From: Phaeosaccion multiseriatum
Taxonomy: Eukaryota > Protista > Ochrophyta, other classes
Direction: 5' to 3'
NCBI GenBank assembly: GCA_965112735.1
Contig: OZ218955.1
Span: 3,348,001-3,412,000 of the forward strand
Length of the DNA: 64,000 bases
The notes beneath the pieces are model-generated. The model did no database searches. It was given only the letters and a program-made list of their open reading frames with translations, and was not told the DNA's origin. Positions 49,525 through 61,314 of this stretch are shown here, piece after piece; the first letter of the stretch is position 1; every line of letters starts with the position of its first letter. Position numbers and translations under genes: made by a program.

Positions 49525-50606
49525 GGACAGACAGATAGACAGACAGACGGACAGACAGACGGACAGACAGACGGAAAGATAGACAGACAGACAGACAGCC
49601 AGACCAGACAGACAGAAGAGAAGGGAAGCGATCTCCTCTTGTCCTGTTGGGTGCCCCAAGGTACGATCTACCAAACTACACTGAAATTGAAACTGAACCA
49701 CCCTCCACCCAAAATTTGCAATGAGCACTCAAATTAAATTTGCAATGAGCACTCAAATTAGCACACTCACGGTACGTCGCTGCAGTCATCCTCGCAGTCG
49801 CAGCACGGCATGGAGCTGGGGTTGGGTCCTAGTGCTATTTGGGCCCCGTCTCCGGGGACCCACTCGGTGACGTAGGTGAAGAGAGGCAGGCGCTCATTGT
49901 CCACATCGTTGAAGGCCTGGGCAGTGGGCATTCAGCAGTCGTCGCCATGGGTGACAGGGAGGGAGGGAGGGAGGGAGGAGGGAGGGGTTGTTGGTAACAG
50001 AAACGGTTTTGTCGTTTTTCGCCTATTCGGGAAACAACCACACAAACAGGCAAAAACAAGCAAAAAAACGAGCAAGCCTGACTGACAGACAGATTCACAG
50101 ACTGATACCGACTGACGGACTGACTAACTGACTGATAGACTGACTGACTGACTGACTGACTGATTGACTGACTGATTGACTGACTGACTTCACTGATTGA
50201 CTGACTGACTGACTGATACTGACTGACTGACTGACTGACTAATTGACTGACTGATACTGACTGACTGAATGACTGATACTGCCTGACTGATACTGACTGA
50301 CTGACTGACTGACTGATACTGACTGACTGACTGACTGACTGACTTCACTGATTGACTGACTGACTGACTGACTGACTGACTGACTGACTGACTGATACTG
50401 ACTGACCGACTGACTGACTGACTGAATGACTGACCTGGATAGGCACCGTCTCTTGCCCGCCAGAGATATCGTCCACGATCCAGCACGTATTGGCACCCTC
50501 CTTCTTGATGCACCTGCTCCATTCAAAGGCCTGAAGGGCATCCGCCCGTCTGCTGCTGCTCCTCCTGCTTCTCCCCCCCCTCACCCCTCTCTTCTTCTTG
50601 TTCCTC

Positions 50607-50643
<37 letters not shown>

Positions 50644-52822
50644 TGCTGCTCTTCTTCCTCTCCTTTTTCTTCTTCTTAGTAGTGCCCGAGGAGACAGAAA
50701 AAGTGACAGAGCCAGACCTCCCCCTCCCTCCTATCTTACTTCTATTTACAAATGCCTCCTCGACCTCCTCCTCGGAAGCAGAGTCGCCACCGTCGGAGCC
50801 CCTAGAGGAGGGTGAGGAGGAGGAGGCGGGCCGTGGGCGCGTGCGCCTTAGCACCGATCCCAGCCTGGCTCTGACGGGACCCGCCGCCGCCCGACCCCGA
50901 CCCCTGCCCCGACCACGACCCCGACCCCCACTGCTTGGTCCTGACACTCCTGACTTGGAGGTCGACGCAGAGCCTGCTGCTGCTGCTGCTGCTGCTGCTG
51001 GTGGTGGTGGTGGTGGTGCTGGTGCTGCTACTTCTGGTGGAAGTAGTGCTGTGTCCTTTCCTTTCTGCCCCCCATTGTCCTTCTCGTCCCCCTCCCCCTT
51101 GCCCTTTCCCATTGCCACATCATCCTCGTCCGACGAATCGTCAATGGTAATCAATTCGATTCCCGGCTCGGAGCGCATCGCGCTTTCCTTCCTCTGAAAC
51201 ACTGCCTTCCTCTTCTTACTAAACCCTCCCTTACCGCCGCCGCCGCTGCCCTTGGTGCTCTCACTCGGAGGATCCTCCCTCCCCTTCCCCTTGCTATTCC
51301 GTGCCTGCGCTTTCTTCTTCTCTATACCCTGTGCCCCCCCCCTACTCCTCTCCTCACGACGGGCGGTGTAAGCTGCAGTGGCAGCCGTAGCAGCAGCCAC
51401 AGTAGCAGCAGCCGTCGCCGCGGAAGCCGCCGCAGCCTCGTCCTTGAGCCTGCGGGACTCTTTCGTTGCCCGGACTCGTTTTCTTGCTGTTCCTGCTGAT
51501 CCTGCTGGTGCTGGTGCTGCTGTTGCTGCTGTTGGTGCTGGTGCTGCTGGTGCTGCTTCTGCTGTTGCTGTTGCTGTTGTTATTGTTGTTAATAGTCGTG
51601 GTGCTTTTGTTGCTTTTGCGAGTATTGATGTTGTTGCTGGTGCTGGTGCTGCTGGTGTGTCCGGTGGTGCCCGGGACGGTTGACAGGAAGCCCCAAGAAG
51701 GTTGCTCACAGCCGACATGCCAATAGTAGGAGGAAGAGCAGAGGGCGGGGGGGCAGGCCACACAGGCTGACGACTCGTAGAGGTGGAAGCGGCATAGACG
51801 GACCAGGGAGCTTGTAAAGGACCTTCGTTACCCGCAGCGTCGTTCCCGGCATCTCCTCCGCGCTGGGGTGGAGAAGGTTTGCCGAAGCTGCAGAGGTGGC
51901 TCCTCTCCCTCGCGTCGCTGCTGCTACCACTGCTGCTATCGCCGCCGATGCTGCTTCTCGAAGAAGACACAGAGCGCGACGGCGCGAGGATAGCAGTAGA
52001 TAGGTCCAAATTTGTGGGCCTGCCCTCTGAGGCTGATGATGACGCCGCCAAGAATGTGGCGACTGATCCTCCTGCCCTCTCTGGATGAGCAGCTACTATT
52101 CCAGACCCTAGGGACTTCTCCAAGGCTCTACTCTCTAGTGTTGCATCCTGCCCTTCCTGCGAAGCGACGGTGCCATTTATAGCTACTGCTACTGCCACCG
52201 CTGCTGCTGCTGCTGCTGCTGTATCCCCTCCATCATATATGCCGTCGTCCTTGCCTCTTCTACCATTGTCACCGTGCGCACCTTCCCTGTCCCTTCCCAC
52301 TGTCTCCATCTCGGCTTCCTCTACTCTCTCTGTCGCTCCACCAGCCTCCTCCATCGCCTCCTGCCCTGCCTCCCCCTCATGCCGTCTCCCTTCCTCCCTC
52401 CCTACACCCTTTTCAATCTCGTGGTTCTCTGTGCTTTCTTTGCCATCCTTCTGCCCGTGCTTCTGCTGTGTGTCCCCCTCTTCTCCCTCTATCTCTAGCT
52501 CACGACCTCCCTTCCCCCCACTCCTTCCGAGGCTACCATTAGCGCTGCAGCCTTCCTCCCTTGTCGCTTCCACTTCTTCTCCATCAGCAGCAGACTGATG
52601 TAAGGAGAGCTGAGGACGATCCTCTCCTTCCTCTTCTTCTTCGTTCTTCTCTTCCTCTTCCTTGTTATCTTTGTACTCTTGTCCGACCCTCACCCTGTTC
52701 CCGCCGCTGCTACTGTTGCTGCCAGTACTACTAGTGCTGCGGCTAGTGCTGCTGCCCGTGCTGCTACTACTGCTACTGCTACTAATGTCCCCGATCCTCG
52801 GCCTTTTGGCCGCAGGATCCAT
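45926..52822 (-). CDS. SUV39/SETDB1-class histone H3K9 methyltransferase (pre-SET, bifurcated SET, post-SET); exons 52822-50435, 49916-49771, 49400-49325, 49033-48938, 48766-48659, 48390-48304, 47968-47254, 47095-46635, 46372-46295, 46024-45926
   Basis: The spliced product has DISGGQETVPIQAFNDVD, pre-SET cysteines (CCDCEDDC...HCPC...LYECNMFCSCHQQECRNRVV), KGWGVRCPEFIEAGTYISCYIGE, DAYLYDLD, LDAKWFGNVARFFNHSC, VFVDDHD...RIGFFA...ELTYDYG and post-SET CRCGAPLC. All phases are consistent. Confidence 0.92.
46031..46175 (+). repeat. (TAGGG)n pentanucleotide tract in the last intron of the SET gene
   Basis: Directly visible; a perfect run at about 46041-46100 followed by degenerate units. Confidence 0.92.
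50075..50434. repeat. (TGAC)n tetranucleotide tract at the donor end of SET-gene intron 1
   Basis: Directly visible, about 350 bp. Confidence 0.92.
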
Positions 52823-52925
52823 CTCAGAGGAGAAGAAGGTGGGGATGAGGGGGACAGGGGGGGGGCGGCCATTTTGGATCACCAACACGCGAGTCTACGG
52901 AGGTGGGATCATTTCTTTTCCAATC

Positions 52926-53484
52926 ATGGATACCGCGCGGGTTGTGAGGGATGATGCACCGAAGCGGGCGAGAACGGGTGAGACGAGGAGTCGCTTCCCT
53001 ACGTGCTATCTCCATCTGCTTTCCTCCGTCTTCCTCCTTCCCCCCCTCGGCTTTCTTTTCTCTCTTTTTTCTCGAGTCTGTGTCTCTCTGTCTGTCTCTC
53101 TGTGAATGTGTCTCTCTCTCCCTCTCCGCGCGTTGCTGAGTATTTCAAAGAACGGGGGAAAATAAACCATACCTCCCCCCTCCCCACTCGCCGTTGCTCT
53201 CCTGCAGGGGACGGTCCGGATGCCCTTCCATCTGCAACGGTGAGCGAGGCTGTGCGTTTACTGCGATCTCTCCCCTGCATTCGCGAGCGCTGCCAGCAGA
53301 TCTTCTCCCTCGCAGAGCAGGACAAGCTGCGGCACTTCCAGCTCGACATGTCCAAGATGGACGACGTCGTGTCATACATTCAGAGGCTGCTACACAGGTG
53401 GGAGAGTGGGTGTCGTGTCAGTGTGGTCGCGGGCCCCTCTTCAACTCCTTAACTCTGTTGCTCCGCTTCCTTTGCTTCTGCTGG

Positions 53485-53520
<36 letters not shown>

Positions 53521-54125
53521 TGGATGGTGTCATGGTCTGTGCTGGAGCGCAGAGATTACACGAGCTACGATGATGTGCCGTTCCACTCGCGCTTCAGACA
53601 CTTCGAAGCAGGAGGGGTGGACAGAGTGGCCAAGCTGAAGGGTACGTAAGCTCCTTTTGCCAGGCTGGGCAAGTCAGCATGCTATCACTCCTATCACTGG
53701 TGCACTGAAGGCCCTGGGGGCTCTCAGTACTGGCTGAGCTGGCATAGATAGAGCACCAGCTGCTGCCTGACTAGCTGCCCGAGGAACTCCTCTCCCTCTC
53801 TCTTGCTTGGACGCCTTCACCACAAAGGGGTCGCTTTTTTTTAGCTGTGCTTCTACCGGCCTCCACTCCAGCCTTTCCATACGGAGTACGTTCATCTTCG
53901 TGCTCTTCTTCGCCTGTGCCTCGCTCTCTCCTCTACCTAAACCTTACCCCTGCCGCTGCCCTCCTGACTCTCCCTCCCCCACTCATCATCCATGACCATG
54001 CCCCCCGTCATGCTCCCTCAGCCATGTGGGAGTGCGATGCCCTGGAGAGTGCCCGGAGGCTGATCGATCTCGTAACCGTCAGCGTGCTTCTTGACGCCGG
54101 GGCAGGCGACAAGTGAGTGAAGTGA

Positions 54126-54157
<32 letters not shown>

Positions 54158-56926
54158 CAGTAGCAGTAGACTTGGGGCGGATTTAGTCTATCATGGCTCT
54201 CCTGACGGCCGCATCCGCATCTGTCCCCCCTGCGCAAGCTCATATCATGCAATCAGGCCCCAGATGAAGACCGCGTGTGTCTGTGCAGAGCATCTTCCAT
54301 CCCGGGCTGTGGAGTGTCGTCTCTACTCGCTGCTGCAACACTAACCCCCGCCCCCACCCCACATTCCTCCTCCTTCTCCTCCTCCTTCTCCTCCTCCTTC
54401 TCCTCCTCCTCCTCCTCCTCCTCCTCCTCCTCCTCCTCCTCCTCCTCCTCCTCTTCCTCTCCCCAGATGGAAGTACTCAGAGCCAGACGGATCGGGTCGC
54501 TCCTTCGGTCGCAGCGAGGGGCTCGGTGTGGCGTCATTCTACATGTTCCAGGGGGGTGCTTTTTCGTCAAACGCGACCCTCCCACACCGCGCTGACAGCG
54601 TGGGTCTGGCCCATATGCCCGACGATGCTGTGATGGAAGCATTCCAAGCCACGGGGGAGGAGGAAGGCCTCAATCCGTTGGTGGGAGGGAGAGGTAGAAC
54701 ACAGGTGCGTGTGTGTATGTGTATGGACATGCTCTCTCTCTTCTCTCTCTCTCACACACGCCCTCTTATCTCTCGCCCTCTCTCTCTCGCACCCTCTGTC
54801 TCTTCCTCTCTCTCCCTGTCCCCCACCCTCTCTCTGCATCTCTCTCACCCTCTTTCTCTCTCTCTCCCTCCCTCCCTCCCTCCCCCCCCAAATGGAGAAC
54901 AGGTTCTCAAGCGCCTAGGCAAAGCCATGGAGGAGCACCCCGCCTTCTTTGAGAAGGACGGAGTCTACCGACCCGGAAACCTCGTGGATTTCCTCCTGAG
55001 CAGGGCCAGGCCATGCCCCTCGCCAGCGGCCCCGGGGGCTTACAGCGTAGACGTTACAGTCGTATGGGAAGTTGTGGTATACGGCTTCGAGTCCTTGTGG
55101 CCGCAGGGCAGAACGTCTTTGGATGGGCGTAGCATGGGGGATGTGTGGGTGCACAGTATGCTGGGGGGGGGAGGGGGAAGCGGCGGGGGCGGCGCGGAGG
55201 GAGATTGCAGCAAGGTGAGTATGGTTGGGTCTGAGTGGGGGGGGGCGGGGGTGAGGTTGGGGTGGGAGTATGCGCACTTGGGTGTGAATGGGGTCGTCGA
55301 AAGCGACGTGTATGTGCCGCACACGCACACAGCGGCTGCCCGAGGCGATCAGCCTACTCACCGTGTGTATGTGTGTGTGATGCTGGCAGATGACTCCCTT
55401 CCTTTTGACTGAGTGCGTCACTCTCTCTATCTTTCTCTCTCTCCATCTGTGATTCCCTTCCTTAAACTGAGTTCGTCACTCTCTCTGTCTCTCTCTCCAT
55501 AACCTGAGGACGTCACTCTCTCTCTATCTCTCCATCTCTCTCTGTCTGTTTCTCGGAATGGTGGCAGATGATTCCGTTCCATAAGCTTAGTCAGTGGATG
55601 ACGTACTCTCTGATGGAGCCGCTGAGAGAGGCGGGTATCAGCCTCGACAACAGGTTAGTGAACAACGCAGTGCAGCACTGTGAAGCAGAGTGCATTGGCA
55701 CGATGAATGGGAGCGATGGGATGAAGGAGGCGTTTCATTCAAACCGAAACGGACACCTTTTTATCTACCCTCATCCTACTCCTCTCTTATCCTATCTGCA
55801 ATAGTCTTGTCTCAACCCTCTTTTCCTTTCTTTTCATCTCTTAACCCTCTCTACTCCTTCTCTCTCGTCTTTTACTCCTCTCTAATCGTTGCTCTACTAG
55901 TGAGCTAATGACCGGTTTACCCGAGTACCGCAACGGGGGCTTGCTGGTGGACTTGGGCCTCCTGAGACCCAAGCACGATGACGTCATCGGCAGACCACAC
56001 ACTCCAGACGAGGAGGTGAGGGGTGAGGGATGGGGCTTGCAATGCGACGAGGGTGACCGTGTTTCTCTCCCCTCTCTCTCCCCCTCTCCCCTTCCCTCTC
56101 TCCCGTCCTCTCTCTCACAAATGGGTATCTTGGAGAGGCGTGTCCTGAACCCTTCTCCCCTCTTCCTTTCTCTCTCTCTCTCCCTGCCCTCTCTCTCTCA
56201 AAAGGTGATTGTGGAGTGGCGTGCCCTGACGGTGGTGCTGCTGGATCACATCTTTGTGGCCCTCAAATCGAAGCTCGGTATGAGCGAGGCGGAGGCAGCC
56301 AACTTCCCCTTAGTCAAGATGCTCGAGGCAGGCTCCTGGAAGGCGGGCAGGGAGGTGGCAAGGGAGAAGAGAGGACAGGTGGGTAGGAGGGGAGGGACGA
56401 GGAGGAAGGAAGGCAGGCAGTACGGGGGGATGGGTAGGAGAAGGGGAGGGAGAAGAGGGGCGGGTAGGGAGCGGAGGTAGGAGGAGGGGGGGGGGGAGGA
56501 GAGGGAAGGAGAAGGAAGGACAGGTGGGTAGGAGCAGGGAGGGAAGGAAGGAAGGAAGGAAGGAAGGAAAGCAGGGAGGGTAGGCAGAAGGAGGGAAGGA
56601 AAGAAGGGAGAAGAGGTAGGAGGAGGGGAGGGAAGAGGAGAAGGAGGGAGAAGAGAGGAAAGGTAGGTAGGAGGGAAGGAAGGAAGGAAGGAAGGCCGGT
56701 GGAGGGTAGTGAGGAGGAGGAGGAGGAGGAGGGAAGGAAGGTGGGCAGATAGGAGAAGACAAATGGAGAAGACTGGGCAGGTAGGCAGGGTAGATAGATA
56801 GAGGTAGACATTTGCATACTCACACTTCACGCACAGTAGGGGCGGCCCAATCCGCCAATCGCCCCCGCTAGCCTCCTCCACTCACACCCTGTCCGTCTGT
56901 CTGTCTGTCTATCTGTCTGTCCGTCC

Positions 56927-56959
<33 letters not shown>

Positions 56960-57101
56960 CCTGTCTGTTGTCTGTCTGTCTCTACCTCCTTCTCCCTCTC
57001 TCTCCCTGTGTGTGTCTCTCTCCGCGCCCCCCTCCCTCCCCCACGTGCAGATGGGAGGTGGCCCCCCCATTCAAATCATCAGCGATGGAACCGTCTTCTA
57101 A
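52926..57101 (+). CDS. DUF1688 family protein (URC4/Urg3-like, uracil catabolism); exons 52926-52977, 53208-53397, 53553-53641, 54022-54112, 54467-54704, 54903-55214, 55568-55653, 55901-56015, 56205-56378, 57051-57101
   Basis: Family motifs LRSLPCIRERC, PFHSRFRHFEAGG, DLVTVSVLLDAGAG, RSEGLGVAS, RPGNLVDFL, GDVW, PFHKLSQWMTYSL, TGLPEYRNGGL, VEWRALTV, LEAGSWKAGR and the terminal PPIQIISDGTVF. Confidence 0.92.
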
Positions 57102-57412
57102 GCGTACCATGTCTTGTCCTTCATGTGCGTAGGAGCAGTACGTCTTTTTTCTTGAATAAAGAATTTGCTTTAAAATAAAAAAAACTGAACTACGATAGTT
57201 GATTGAAGTTGTGCCGCTCGAACCGCGGCACATGCTCATACTTCCTTCCTTGTCTGAAGCGCCAGCCCCAGCTCTTCCCCTTTGCCAAAGACCCGGTGAT
57301 CGCAAGCGACACGCACGCACGCAGAGAGAGGCAGAGGAGGGAGAGAGAGAGAGACACACACAGCCAGCCAGACAGAGAGAGAGGGAGGCAAGACAGAGCC
57401 ATTCTGCTTGCG

Positions 57413-59138
57413 CTATGCGTCAGAGTCTGCAAAGCTGACCTTGATCCCTCCCAGCCTTAGTTCCGCCACTGACAAGAAACATTCATGATCGCCCACCACA
57501 CTCTCCAGGCTGTCAAAAGTCACCTCCTGCAGTCCGAGAGGGACGTCCTCCAAGTGAGGCACGGTCTGGTGCCAGCGGACACCGAGGTGCAGTTTCTGTA
57601 GCTGGGATGGTAGCTTGCTGGGCAACGGGCAGTTGAAGTTACTGCCGTATGTTAGCTCACGCAGGCTGTCGGGCAGGATGACGTCACTTCTGTTGAAGCG
57701 GCTCCCGAATGTGAGCTGCTTGAGACCCGCTGGTAGCACAAGGAAGGAAGGTTGAGCCGTGCCTGCTCCTCCTCCGCCTCCTCCGCCCGCCATGCTGAAT
57801 TCAGCGTGGTAGCGCGCTGCTGCTGCTGCCATTGCTGCTGCAATCTCTGCCGGGGTTGCAGCACCACCAGCATTAGCATTAGCAGCAGCAGCAGCAGCAG
57901 CAATAGTAGCATCAAAAGGAGGAGGTGTATAGTTGAAGTCCTGATGGTAGCCTAAGGTGAGGCTCTCCAAGGTAGAGGGCAGTGAGGGCAGCGGCTGGCG
58001 GAAGGCTGCACCCAGCACGAGCCGACGGAGAGGAATGAGACTGGGTGGGCTAGCTGACGATGGTCCTGGTGCTGCCGCTGCGGCTGCCCGTGCTTCTGCT
58101 GCTGCCGCTGCTGCTGTTCGGGCTGCTGCTGCTCCTCCTGAGGCTCTGTTTGATTCCGCTGACGCTGATTGGGGCGAATCAGATGCGGAGAAGTTGATGG
58201 GGTGGTTAAACCCTTTTCCGATCACCAGCTCCCTCAACGACGACGGTAGTGGAGGAAGCGGGTGGTTGAAGCCTTCCAGCTGCGTGGGTTGAGCGACGGA
58301 CACAGAGGAGAGGCAGAGACGGCGGGCAGGGGGGTGAGGTGGGAGGACATTAGTAAGATGAGGGACCTTCAAAGGGGAGGGGATGGGTGCCTGAGAAGGA
58401 CGGCAAACTGTGTAAGCGGGACAGCAAACTAGATAAGAGGGCCTGCATCGCAGCAGCGTTCCACAACTCCATCCCCCGTTCCTTTCCGCCTCCCCTCTAC
58501 CTCCTTCCTCCCCCCCCCCCCTCCCCTACTATACTTACCTCGTCCTGGTCCAGACCATCGCACACTTCAAATTTATCCTCAAATCCAGCAGACCCCTGCC
58601 ATGCATCCTCAAAAACAAGACTCTCGAGAGTGTGCGGCAGGCAGGGGATGGCTGCCTCCACAGAGCAGCCCACTCGGAGGGCCTTGTAGGGCGGTAAAGC
58701 TGTCAGCAGGTGGTGGTATTTGCCTGTATCTCTCCTACTCGAAGCCGCGTGGTGCTCCGCCTGAGTCCTCATGCCGAGGCGGACGCCATACAGAGGGAAG
58801 CGACGCGCCTGAGCAGAGGCGGCAAGGCGTGTGGCGATCTCAGGCGGGGTGCGGTCGTGCAGAGCGATGAAGCGAGGGCACACCGCCTCCACCTCTTTAC
58901 ACAGGCCCCACAAAGCCTTGGGCAGGGGAGGAACCAGCACCCTCCCCTCCTTGTCCAGCAGGAGCCGCTGTCGCTGCTTCGGCGTCGTGCTCCTGAGAGA
59001 AGACGCAGCCGCCTCAGCCGCGGCTGCCGCCGCCGTTGCTTCCGCCGTTTCCGTCGCCGCCGCTGCCAGTGCGTAGTTCAGTACTACATCGAAGGCTCTG
59101 CGTGGGAGTGCCGTCCCATCTCCCCCATCTGCGCTCAT
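57413..59138 (-). CDS. FNIP-repeat (LRR-like) protein; exons 59138-58539 and 58279-57413
   Basis: Repeats FNHPLPPLPSSLRELVIGKGFNHPI, FRQPLPSLPSTLESLTLG and LPAGLKQLTFGSRFN...LPDSLRELTYGSNFNCPL...LPSQLQKLHLG. The GTAAGT donor is at 58538; the acceptor choice is less certain. Confidence 0.8.
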
Positions 59139-60000
59139 GACAAGTGGCGACAAGAAACAAAAAAAAAAAAAAAAAAAAACGATTTTTTTTTTCTTGAGCA
59201 GAAGGTCCTGAAGGGGGAAAAAGCTTTCGTCTCTGGGCAGAGCTCAGTCGAGCGCGTGACTGGGGCGGGCGACGAGTCAGTTCCTCCAATTCTTCTGAAA
59301 CGCGTGCCAGGCACGTCCGAGTTGTGAAATGAGTGTTGAACCCATTCACTGCAAGGACAGGACAAGAAGTTGTTATGCCCTCCACCTTGCCGCCTAGAGA
59401 AGCATCGCCTTACAACACGCCTGGGCCTGGCAAGCGTTCGTGAAGGAAGGGTACCAAAGCAGCTCCAGGCCCTTACTTGCCGCCTCACCTCGCCTCCCCT
59501 CCCCTCCTAACCCAGGTTGGGGCAAGCATGATGGATGCCCAAGCAGAGGAAGCTGCCTGCACAAATCATTTCAGCAAGAGCTCTCCTTCTGAATCTGACC
59601 AAGCAAGACAGCAACCTGCAGCTCCACAGCTCCACACGAGCGAAGTCTTCCAGTGATTCCCTCTGAGGCCGATGGCACTTGGCGATCTATCGCTGTCTCT
59701 GTCCTTCTCCCCGTCCCCCGCGAGCCCCCCCTTCCCTTTTCCCTCCCCCCTCCCATTGCATCCGAGACCCAGCCACTCTCTGATCTTCGTCTCTCTCTCT
59801 CTTTGTGTGTGTGTGTCTCTCTCTCTCTCTCTCTCCCTCAAACACACTCACACAAACGACCAAAGGCGATTGGGCGACTGAGTCCGAGGATAATCTCTGA
59901 ATGGATATACCTCTCCATCCAGCCCAGGGCCGAAGACCTAACCAGCTGGAACTGGGTCTTCGGATACTCCCCTACCGCGTGCAAAAGGAAGGAAGGCAGC

Positions 60001-61053
60001 TCACGAAAGGCTGAATGGCAGGGCATCATCGTTGGGGATCTTCTCCCCCGGGGGGTAAACTCCCGTGTAGACTTTGAGCTCGGTCATCTCGGTGCTGCCG
60101 GACTCTTCCTTTGCGAAAATGTTGCTCTTGCCCCCCGGCATGCGCTCGTAGTACGAACCGAGCTTGCTGCGGACCTGACGAGGGGCCGCTGCCGTCAGGG
60201 GTACACACAGAGAGTCCGCGCCGAAGAACGGGCCCTGCCCAGGCTTATCAACAATCGCCATGCCCGCTCCACCGATCTTGCGCAGCTTCACGGCACTCTC
60301 TGCTGAGCCAGTGTTACCGTCTGGCCATGTGAAGAGGAAGGAGGAGATGCCTGGGCGATTCTCTCCGTACCCAACCCAGCCTTTGGCGTTGTAGCCGCCA
60401 CAGACAGCTCCACCCTTTGTTTTGATGAGCACAACCCCTGCGCCCTTCTTGTCCACGGCTTTGTGAAACGCCGTGGGCTTGAAGCCCTGCTTCTTTGCAT
60501 CGTACACAAGCTTGAGCTTCCTTTTCTCCAGGGCTGTTTGCTTCAGCAAGGGGCGAAACATGGCCACGTTCTTGTCATCTCCCTTCACGGGCTCTGCAAA
60601 CTCGCCCTTGACGGCGGGAAACACATCCGGATACTCGTCCTTCGTTATTCTGGGGAGGGGGGAGGGGAAGGAGGAGGAGGACGAGGAGAGAGACACTACC
60701 TCAGAAAAAAAAAAAAAAAAAAAAAGGGAGAGAAGGAGCAGGAGACGGAGGAACAGCAAGCCACCCATGCACCTGGCGAGGCCGAAGGGGGCCTCCTCCT
60801 TCTCTCCAAAGAAGAAGGAGTAGAGGCGTTCCACCGCATCTTTCTCGTACGGCTCCTCCTGCATCATTAGCCCGCCCCTCCGTCCTGATCGACTTTGCAT
60901 CTGCTGCTGCTGATGCCAGGCAACTCCTTGGAGGCGAGTGAGGGAAGACGGAGCGAAAGCTACGACATGGAGCAGCATAAGCAGCAGCTGAAACATGACC
61001 AACGCCACTGGTTGGGCCATCCTTCTCTCGCTTTTTGTTTTCGACATTGCCAT
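60001..61053 (-). CDS. Plastid-targeted TLDc-domain protein; exons 61053-60773 and 60649-60001
   Basis: Signal peptide ends VVA-FAP. TLDc motifs LVYDAKKQGFKPTAFHKAVDKKG, GGYN, SFLF, GPFFG, SKLGSYY and ELKVY. The 123-nt in-frame intron explains the poly-F/poly-S insert in the raw ORF. Confidence 0.87.
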   Translation of the reverse strand: MAMSKTKSERRMAQPVALVMFQLLLMLLHVVAFAPSSLTRLQGVAWHQQQQMQSRSGRRGGLMMQEEPYEKDAVERLYSFFFGEKEEAPFGLARCMGGLLFLRLLLLLSLFFFFFFSEVVSLSSSSSSFPSPLPRITKDEYPDVFPAVKGEFAEPVKGDDKNVAMFRPLLKQTALEKRKLKLVYDAKKQGFKPTAFHKAVDKKGAGVVLIKTKGGAVCGGYNAKGWVGYGENRPGISSFLFTWPDGNTGSAESAVKLRKIGGAGMAIVDKPGQGPFFGADSLCVPLTAAAPRQVRSKLGSYYERMPGGKSNIFAKEESGSTEMTELKVYTGVYPPGEKIPNDDALPFSLS

Positions 61054-61314
61054 TTTGGACCAGCAGGGTGAATTGCAAGTTTCAGTTTCTGGCAGGCTTG
61101 GTCTGAGGTGCTCGCACATCCGCCCCCACCTCGCTCGGATTTTTATTGCTCTTTCAAGGAGGGGGGGGGTAGGGAGAAGCGGTAGAACAGCTCACCAGTT
61201 GGTGTACCAGTGCCTAGTGCCTGGGGGAAGGGGTGCGGCTATCGACAGCAACGTATCCACACGGCCCACGGCGCAGTTCCCCTCATAGGAGGAGCGAGAG
61301 GAGGAGGAGGGTTA

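Noticed and set aside
49712-49760. 24-bp tandem duplication AAATTTGCAATGAGCACTCAAATT
   Set aside because: A two-copy intronic slippage with no sign of function.
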